This document shows positions 28,642 to 34,526 of a stretch of DNA of 34,526 nucleotides, one piece after another (the first letter of the stretch is position 1; the number at the start of each line of letters is the position of its first letter). The position numbers were made by a program, and so were the translations under genes. The stretch is from the NCBI GenBank assembly GCA_963663405.2, contig CAXXSM010000071.1:1-34526 (forward strand), given 5' to 3'. The notes under the pieces were generated by a model. It saw only the letters and a list, made by a program, of their open reading frames with translations. It ran no database searches and was not told where the DNA came from. This stretch comes from a bacterium (lineage in GTDB: Bacteria > Hinthialibacterota > Hinthialibacteria > Hinthialibacterales > Hinthialibacteraceae).

Positions 28642-29982
28642 TTATACAAGCCCTTGATCGTGCATGGCGCCGGTGACTTTTATAAAGCCCGCGATGTTGG
28701 CTCCCATGGCCAGATTGCCTGGATCGCCATATTCTTCAGCGCTATTCGAAGCCGCCGTGTATATGGATTTCATGATGTCTTTCAAATAATTATCCACCAT
28801 TTCACGGGTCCAAGAGATATGCTGCGCGTTCTGCGCCATTTCCAGCCCGGAGACGGCGACGCCGCCCGCGTTGGCCGCTTTGCCAGGGCCGTATAAGATT
28901 TTATTCTGGAGGAACACATCCACACCTTCCGGCTCCGTCGGCATATTGGCGCCTTCCGCCACGACAAAACAACCATTCTTCACTAATGTTTCCGCGTCGC
29001 TGCGCGATATTTCATTCTGCGTCGCTGATGGAAACGCGCAGTCACATTTAATATCCCACGGCCGCGCTCGTTCTTTATATTCCACACCATGGAATTTAGA
29101 CGCGTATTCGCGAATCCGGCCCCGTTTCACATTCTTCAGTTCCATGACATACGCCAATTTCTCCGCGTCGATCCCTTCTGGATCGTAGATCGTTCCATTG
29201 GAATCGGAGAGCGTAATACATTTTCCGCCTAGCTCATTAACCTTTTCCACCGTATACTGCGCGACATTGCCGGAACCGGATACCGTACAGATTTTCCCTT
29301 GCAAATCATCCCCACGCCCTTCAAGCATGTTTTGAGCGAAATAGACCGCCCCATAACCCGTCGCTTCCGGACGAATCAATGAGCCACCCCAATTGATCCC
29401 TTTTCCGGTCAGAACGCCCGTGAATTCATTCTTGATCCGTTTGTATTGCCCAAACAGATAGCCGATCTCCCGGCCACCCACGCCAATATCCCCGGCGGGA
29501 ACATCCGTGTTATGACCGATATGCCGGCACAACTCAGTCATGAAAGACTGGCAGAACCGCATTACTTCTGTGTCCGATTTCCCTTTTGGATCGAAATCAG
29601 ACCCGCCTTTTCCTCCACCCATGGGCAGCGTTGTCAATGCGTTTTTAAAAATCTGCTCAAACGCGAGGAACTTCAAAATCCCCACATTGACCGTCGGATG
29701 AAACCGCAATCCACCCTTATACGGACCGATCGCGCTGTTGAACTCAATGCGGAAGCCCCGGTTGACATGAATCTTATTGTTATCGTCAAACCAAGGCACT
29801 CGGAAAACAACGACTCGTTCCGGCTCAACCAAGCGCTCCAGAACACAGGCTTCCTGATATTCAGGATGCCGTTCGAATACAGGCTCCAAGGAATACAGAA
29901 CTTCATTGACGGCTTGATGAAATTCAACTTGAGCCAGGTTTTTCTTCTCGACCATATCGATTATAGTACTGACATAAGACAT
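28642..29982 (-). CDS. gdhA: NADP-specific glutamate dehydrogenase
   Basis: GPYKGGLRFHP, MGGGKGGSDFDP, DVPAGDIGVG, RPEATGYG, SGSGNVA, EGANMP. Confidence 0.96.
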   Translation of the reverse strand: MSYVSTIIDMVEKKNLAQVEFHQAVNEVLYSLEPVFERHPEYQEACVLERLVEPERVVVFRVPWFDDNNKIHVNRGFRIEFNSAIGPYKGGLRFHPTVNVGILKFLAFEQIFKNALTTLPMGGGKGGSDFDPKGKSDTEVMRFCQSFMTELCRHIGHNTDVPAGDIGVGGREIGYLFGQYKRIKNEFTGVLTGKGINWGGSLIRPEATGYGAVYFAQNMLEGRGDDLQGKICTVSGSGNVAQYTVEKVNELGGKCITLSDSNGTIYDPEGIDAEKLAYVMELKNVKRGRIREYASKFHGVEYKERARPWDIKCDCAFPSATQNEISRSDAETLVKNGCFVVAEGANMPTEPEGVDVFLQNKILYGPGKAANAGGVAVSGLEMAQNAQHISWTREMVDNYLKDIMKSIYTAASNSAEEYGDPGNLAMGANIAGFIKVTGAMHDQGLV

Positions 29983-30070
29983 GGATACAGGTCCCCCTTC
30001 TGTTTAGTGTCTTGAAACCGGCTCAAAAGAAAAGCGCGATTCACGACAAATAAATTGGTAATGTGAGTCC

Positions 30071-30098
30071 ATAATAATGGAAATAACTGGTAAGTCAA
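30071..30098 (-). promoter_or_regulatory. Candidate gdhA sigma70 promoter
   Basis: Minus-strand TTGACT, 16-bp spacer, TATTAT. Confidence 0.35.
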
Positions 30099-30398
30099 TG
30101 CCGATAATACATTTTTATCCATCAATCTATCGCCAGATTGTACCCTTTTTTTGAAAATACGGTTTTTAACGGTTTATCAGGCTATTTTAACAATATATAA
30201 TAATAAATAGGTGTATTTCGGTGAATGAGAATTGCTTTCTCTAGAATTTTAATTTTGAAAACAGAACAATTTTGTAGTTCTTGATGACGTTATTGTTAGA
30301 TTAAAGATAGAAATATTTGGAATAACTTCCATTAAACGGTATAAATTTTAGTCTTTTTGCGGTAATATTGCCATTAAAAAATGGGAGGGAAAATAACC

Positions 30399-31408
30399 TT
30401 GCGCGATACTGACAGAAGACTTGACGCCGCAATCCTTAAAGTTCTCCAAAAAGCCGGTGACCAACTGGGGGAGAAATCATCGCCGAAAAAGTCCAGGCCT
30501 ATGGACTCAATACAAGCGGCCGGACAATCCGCCTTCATCTACAGCGGTTGGAACAAAAAGGCCTTGTCAGCGAAGCCAGCCGGGGTCGCAGTGGGGGCCG
30601 GACCATTACCCCGCTGGGGATGGAGGAACTTAAAAAAATCGGCGTCATTAACCGCCTTGGTTTTACTGCGGCCAAAGTAGACAGCTTCGCTTGGCGTATG
30701 AATTTCGATCTTAAAAACCGGAAGGGTGACATCGTTTTGAATGTCAGCATGATCGATGAATACCGCCTCAAACCAGCCATCGAAGAAATGATCCCCGTGT
30801 TTAAAGCCGGATTCGGGATGGGCGAGTTTGTCGTCGTCGCCCGTGCGGGAGAACGGCTGGGGGACGCGTTAATTCCATCGGGCAAAGTTGGGATTGGAAC
30901 GATCTGCGGCGTCACCGTCAACGGCATCCTTCTCAAAGCGGGCATTCCAATGATCTCCCGTTTCGGTGGTGTCCTGGAGGTCAAACAGAAACAACCCAGC
31001 CGATTCACTGACGTGATCTATTATGATGGAACATCCCTCGATCCTTTGGAGATTTTCATCAAAGCCGGTCTCACCAGCGTCCGCAAAGCCGTCCGCTCGG
31101 ATGAGGGACGAATTGGAGTCAGCTTCCGCGAAGTGCCGACGGACGCGCTAAGCGAGGTGGAAGCGATCCGCAAACGTCTCACACAAACTGGATTGCAGGG
31201 AATCCTCACAATCGGAAAACCCAATCAATCCCTCATCGAATTCCCCGTTCACGAAGGACGCACGGGCATTCTCGTCTGTGGAGGATTAAATCCCATCTCC
31301 GCCATCGAAGAATCGGGCATATCAACCCAAAACAACGCCCTCAGCACCCTCTTCCCCTTCGAAGAAATGTACCACTACCGAAACCTGGAAACCCGATTCA
31401 GGAAATAG
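30399..31408 (+). pseudogene. nrpR: Nitrogen repressor NrpR (wHTH plus one NRD region), frameshifted at G5 30467-30471
   Basis: TTG start after GGAGG gives ..ILKVLQKAGDQLG; the other frame continues GEIIAEKVQAYGLNTSGRTIRLHLQRLEQKGLV..ITPLGMEEL..ICGVTVNGILL..YDGTSLDPLEIF..GGLNP. One extra G restores a 336-aa ORF. Confidence 0.8.
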
Positions 31409-31419
31409 GGCCGGGAAAG

Positions 31420-31529
31420 TTGAAACACAGATTTCACGGAAAAGGCACGGAGGTCACGGATCATTTTCAATGCAATCCGTCTTTTTCCGAGCCATCCGTG
31501 ATTCAAACAATAGAGATCGTTAACAAGTA
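31420..31529. repeat. 110-bp CACGGA/TCCGTG palindromic repeat, copy 1
   Basis: TTGAA..CACGGA repeats..TCCG repeats..TTCAA; ungapped match to 32326-32435 (about 26 mismatches in 110 by manual count). Confidence 0.85.
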
Positions 31530-31563
31530 TAGAGTATGCATAAGAAGCGTTCACTTACCGGAA

Positions 31564-31592
31564 TTGATATTATAGGAAATTTCCTATATCCT
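31564..31592 (+). promoter_or_regulatory. TA1 promoter with overlapping palindromic operator
   Basis: TTGATA, 17-bp spacer, TATCCT; perfect palindrome TATAGGAAATTTCCTATA at 31571-31588. Confidence 0.7.
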
Positions 31593-31614
31593 TAATTCAA
31601 GAGAGTTAACAATA

Positions 31615-31980
31615 GTGAACATTGGAGAACCACCCTCACTGCGTCCTCTTATATGGCTTGGGAGTTCTAGGAAAAAACTTTTAGAATTTCCTGAGGATGT
31701 ACGAAAACTGCTTTGAGATGAATTTCAGCTTATACAGTTTGGGGGGATGCCAAAGGATGCGAAAGTCTTCAAGGGCGTTGGTTCAGGGATTATTGAAATC
31801 GCTCTGAAATACGTTAAAGATGCGTATCGTTGCGTTCTGGCCGTTCAGATAGGAGACGCAATTTATGTTCTTCATGCGTTTCAAAAGAAATCAATGAAAG
31901 GTATTTCAACACCATTACAGGACATTGATCTGATCAGGAAACGTTACAATGAAGCCAAAGAACTTGAACAAAATAAATAA
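31615..31980 (+). pseudogene. RelE/HigB-like (Gp49/DUF891) toxin with in-frame stop
   Basis: GTG start: ..RPLIWLGSSRKKLLEFPEDVRKLL*DEFQLIQFGGMPKDAK..IYVLHAFQKKS; TGA at 31714-31716. Confidence 0.8.
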
Positions 31981-32257
31981 GACAATCGAGTTTGAAAAAA
32001 GCGCGGGTAACGTTTATGCGGATCTAGAGTTGGAAAACACAGATAAATTACAAACACGCGCTATCATTGGCTTTCATGTTATTACGCTTCTCAAAAGCAA
32101 AAAGATGAAACAACGGGAAATCGCAGAACTCCTAGGTATCCAGCAAGCCGAAGTCTCCCATTTATTAAACGGCCATTTCAGCCGTTTCTCTGTTGATAAA
32201 TTACTCGATTTCCTGCAACGAATGAACCAGAAAGTAACAATTCAGATCAGTTCGTAG
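31949..32257 (+). CDS. XRE/HTH antitoxin (HigA-like)
   Basis: GNVYADLEL...KQREIAELLGIQQAEVSHLLNGHFSRFSVDKL; downstream of the toxin. Confidence 0.88.
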   Translation: MKPKNLNKINKTIEFEKSAGNVYADLELENTDKLQTRAIIGFHVITLLKSKKMKQREIAELLGIQQAEVSHLLNGHFSRFSVDKLLDFLQRMNQKVTIQISS

Positions 32258-32320
32258 GATAGGCTAAATACCGGCGCTCGCGCCGGAGCCATAAGCGCAG
32301 CGCAGCCCATCAAAGTAACT
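32254..32320 (+). repeat. GTAG-type REP-like hairpin closing TA1
   Basis: GTAG-GATAGGCT...AGCCCATC-AAAGTAACT with inner hairpin CCGGCGC-TC-GCGCCGG. Confidence 0.7.
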
Positions 32321-32325
32321 GAATT

Positions 32326-32435
32326 TTGAACCACGGATTTCACGGAAAAAGCATGGAGACCACGGATTTGTTTCTGCGCAATCCACCTCCATCCGAGTCA
32401 TCAGTGATTCAAACGACAAAAATCGTTGACGAGCA
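32326..32435. repeat. 110-bp CACGGA palindromic repeat, copy 2
   Basis: Colinear with 31420-31529. Confidence 0.85.
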
Positions 32436-32504
32436 CACTCACTCGGATAAGCGGCCTTTCCGATATAATATATATTGCCATGATTTAATATTCTCTATCC
32501 TTAA

Positions 32505-32524
32505 GTATGATGCTACAATCATAC
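32505..32524 (+). promoter_or_regulatory. TA2 operator and extended -10
   Basis: GTATGAT-GCTACA-ATCATAC inverted repeat overlapping TGcTACAAT; a third GTATGAT at 32531. Confidence 0.6.
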
Positions 32525-32539
32525 GAAGGAGTATGATTT

Positions 32540-32767
32540 ATGACGATGCGCGCAACATTTACCCTTGATGATGAGGCCTACGATTTTCTCACCAAAGCCG
32601 GTGGGAACAATCGCAGCGCCTATATCAACCAGCTTCTTAAAGCAGAAAGTCAACGAATACTGGAAGCCGCTGTACGGAAGGCCAACCAGGAAGAAGCGGA
32701 AGATCCTGACTATCAAGAAGAACTATCCGCTTGGAATGAAACACTTGCTGACGGCTTGAATCCATAA
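32540..32767 (+). CDS. Ribbon-helix-helix (CopG-like) antitoxin
   Basis: MRATFTLD..NRSAYINQLL; acidic tail W..TLADGL typical of MazF-linked antitoxins. Confidence 0.82.
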   Translation: MTMRATFTLDDEAYDFLTKAGGNNRSAYINQLLKAESQRILEAAVRKANQEEAEDPDYQEELSAWNETLADGLNP

Positions 32768-32773
32768 TCAGAC

Positions 32774-33112
32774 ATGCTTAAACAACTGGAAATATATTGG
32801 GTGGATTTAGAGCCGGTTAAGGGCGCGGAAACCAAAAAACTGCGTCCATGCGTGGTTTTACAAAGTGACGTAGTCAACAAAAACTCAAAAACAGTTATCG
32901 TAGCTCCGATTCTTCCCAATCATAAAGATTGGCCTTTCGCAGTAAATATCACTCCCACAACAAAAAATGGTCTGGACAAAGAACGGCATCTCAATCTAAA
33001 GCAACTGCGAGCTGTTGATATCTCCCGCTTTCGAAACAAACAAGGAATTCTAGAATCGAAATATTTGAAACCGATCGAAGATGCGCTGAAACTGATCTTC
33101 GCGATACATTGA
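32774..33112 (+). CDS. PemK/MazF-family toxin
   Basis: EIYWVDLEPVKGAETKKLRPCVVLQSD..VIVAPI..QLRAVD. Confidence 0.92.
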   Translation: MLKQLEIYWVDLEPVKGAETKKLRPCVVLQSDVVNKNSKTVIVAPILPNHKDWPFAVNITPTTKNGLDKERHLNLKQLRAVDISRFRNKQGILESKYLKPIEDALKLIFAIH

Positions 33113-33120
33113 GATTGCTG

Positions 33121-33158
33121 GATGGGCTAAAAGCGAAACATAGCCCATCAAATTAACT
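33121..33158 (+). repeat. REP-like hairpin closing TA2
   Basis: GATGGGCTA-AAAGCGAAACA-TAGCCCATC-AAATTAACT; same arms and tail as 32258-32320. Confidence 0.72.
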
Positions 33159-34110
33159 ACTTCGTCCTTTGCTTCCATAAGGAATAAAGGTCTTTCCAGC
33201 CGATGAGAATCACGCCTTGTGATTCGATGAATTCTTTCATTTCGGGACTGCTGAAGATTTGGGCGTCAGCGGCTCGTTGTTTGTGCGAATTGGTGATCGC
33301 TTGGAGTTCTTGGGATTCATCAGCCGGGTGGATAATTAATTCCGATACGCCGGATTTCAGGTTTTGAATGACTTGGCGATAGAATTCTTCGGATCGTTCC
33401 GGTGGAGTGTTGTGGATGGAATAGAGCGCGTCGATCAGCGGTATCCCGCGTTTCTGCAGTGTATCTACAAATGCCTGATCGTACATTTTCCGGTCACCGG
33501 CGTAAGCGAGCATTTCGGGGGTGAGATTGAATAGCATAAACGGGATGTCGTATTCTTCCGATAGACGAATAGCGGCGCCGAGAAATTCTTGATTGGCGTA
33601 GAGCGTCCCCATGTGGGAATCCATATGGGTGGGTTTCATGCCCTGCGCCAACGCGCGTTCGATCTGAGCGCGGATTTCCGTTTCGACTTCTTTCGCGTTA
33701 GAAGAACCGGCAACCATTCGTTCGCTGCGGAAGAGAAATCCATCCGAATCAAGCAGGCCGGGAACGAGGGATTTATCCGCCACCGGCCCCCAGCGGTAAT
33801 ACTTCCATTCGGAGGTATGAGTGAGGTGGAGTCCCAGATCCACTTCGGGATGCTCGCGGGCATAAGCGGCGATTTCGAGGAACCATGGGCAGGGAACCAT
33901 AACGCTGCCACATTTGATGATCCCCTGTTCAAGCGCATGTATGAATGCCGTGTTTGCGGCGTGGCACATGCCGATGTCGTCCGCGTGAACGATCAACAAT
34001 TTGGAATCGGCTGGATACCCTAATCGTTCAGCGGTATTCTCCGCGCCCGCGCTCAATCCAAAACCTCCTAACAGAATCGAAAAACCAATAATCCCTATCG
34101 TTTGTTTCAC
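33157..34110 (-). CDS. YdjC/ChbG-family carbohydrate deacetylase with signal peptide
   Basis: IVHADDIG, GLHLT, THMDSHMG, ELIIHP motifs. Confidence 0.88.
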   Translation of the reverse strand: MKQTIGIIGFSILLGGFGLSAGAENTAERLGYPADSKLLIVHADDIGMCHAANTAFIHALEQGIIKCGSVMVPCPWFLEIAAYAREHPEVDLGLHLTHTSEWKYYRWGPVADKSLVPGLLDSDGFLFRSERMVAGSSNAKEVETEIRAQIERALAQGMKPTHMDSHMGTLYANQEFLGAAIRLSEEYDIPFMLFNLTPEMLAYAGDRKMYDQAFVDTLQKRGIPLIDALYSIHNTPPERSEEFYRQVIQNLKSGVSELIIHPADESQELQAITNSHKQRAADAQIFSSPEMKEFIESQGVILIGWKDLYSLWKQRTK

Positions 34111-34124
34111 AATTCACTCCTTAT

Positions 34125-34526
34125 TTACCGATGAGCGCGAACGATGTTTTCGCGCATCCGCCGTTTGTATCCTTCGACGCCGGATTGGGTATATGTGTCT
34201 TCATCCGATATCTTCTGCTGACCGGTGAAGGGGTCGATATGGAGCTGCTGTAATCGTCCCTTGATCGCGACCATGTCCATTAACACGCGCATTAATGCGA
34301 AGACGGATGCCGTGTCTCTTTTTGGAAAGCGGAGCATGGCGACAGGGATTCCGCGCCGGTTGAAATCTTCAGCTGTGCCGCGCATAGATGCGATTTGCGC
34401 CTCTTGGAACGTAATCCCTTGGAAAATTTTTAATCCCCCTTCCAACGGCGCGTCTTCGGGAACCTCCAATGAATCTTCAAAATCATCCGGAATGAGGAAG
34501 AGAACCGCTTTATCGCGCGCGCCGTT
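34125..34526 (-). CDS. Glucose-6-phosphate isomerase-like protein, C-terminal part (starts outside the window)
   Basis: Frame open to the window edge: RDKAVLFL..GT....RGIP..QSGVEGYK resembles the PGI C-terminal QPGVExxK motif. Confidence 0.55.
   Translation of the reverse strand, partial: NGARDKAVLFLIPDDFEDSLEVPEDAPLEGGLKIFQGITFQEAQIASMRGTAEDFNRRGIPVAMLRFPKRDTASVFALMRVLMDMVAIKGRLQQLHIDPFTGQQKISDEDTYTQSGVEGYKRRMRENIVRAHR

Noticed and set aside
27730-30015. + strand ORFs of 222 aa and 189 aa
   Set aside because: Antisense to the dikinase-like gene and gdhA, with no recognisable features.
30381-30680. 99-aa ORF as an independent gene
   Set aside because: It is the N-terminal frame of the frameshifted nrpR.
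31714-31716. TGA as recoded Gly, Trp or Sec
   Set aside because: TGA terminates several intact genes here (for example the RAYT and MazF genes), and no SECIS-like context is evident.
32326-32568. 80-aa ORF upstream of TA2
   Set aside because: It is a translation of the palindromic repeat and promoter region.
1-34526. tRNA, rRNA, integrase or prophage genes
   Set aside because: None recognised on either strand by eye; a covariance-model scan was not possible.

Overview
Bacterial chromosomal window. The pilin-like paralogue, Tat-exported Gfo/Idh/MocA enzymes, DUF1080 and the PQQ-propeller giant suggest a Planctomycete-like candidate-phylum genome (inference only). Housekeeping content: argB-argD-argF plus an ArgA-like GNAT, an L,D-transpeptidase, fused secDF, rplI, gdhA and a pgi-like fragment. 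Less ordinary content: (i) three tandem BMC pentamer (EutN/CcmL) genes with no other microcompartment gene nearby; (ii) a nitrogen locus made of a RecA-like/PEP-synthetase-like fusion, gdhA and a divergent nrpR broken by a 1-nt frameshift; (iii) an intact RAYT (HUH Y1) transposase within a cluster of 33-bp REPs, next to an internally deleted copy and a REP-flanked cargo gene; (iv) two tandem toxin-antitoxin modules with unrelated cargo but the same left 110-bp palindromic repeat and the same right REP-like hairpin; (v) another orphan gene between 88-bp direct repeats. The best candidate for an undescribed system is this recurring pattern of cargo genes boxed by palindromic repeats, possibly a gene-cassette system driven by an HUH enzyme. 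No database searches were run; all calls come from motif recognition and manual alignment.
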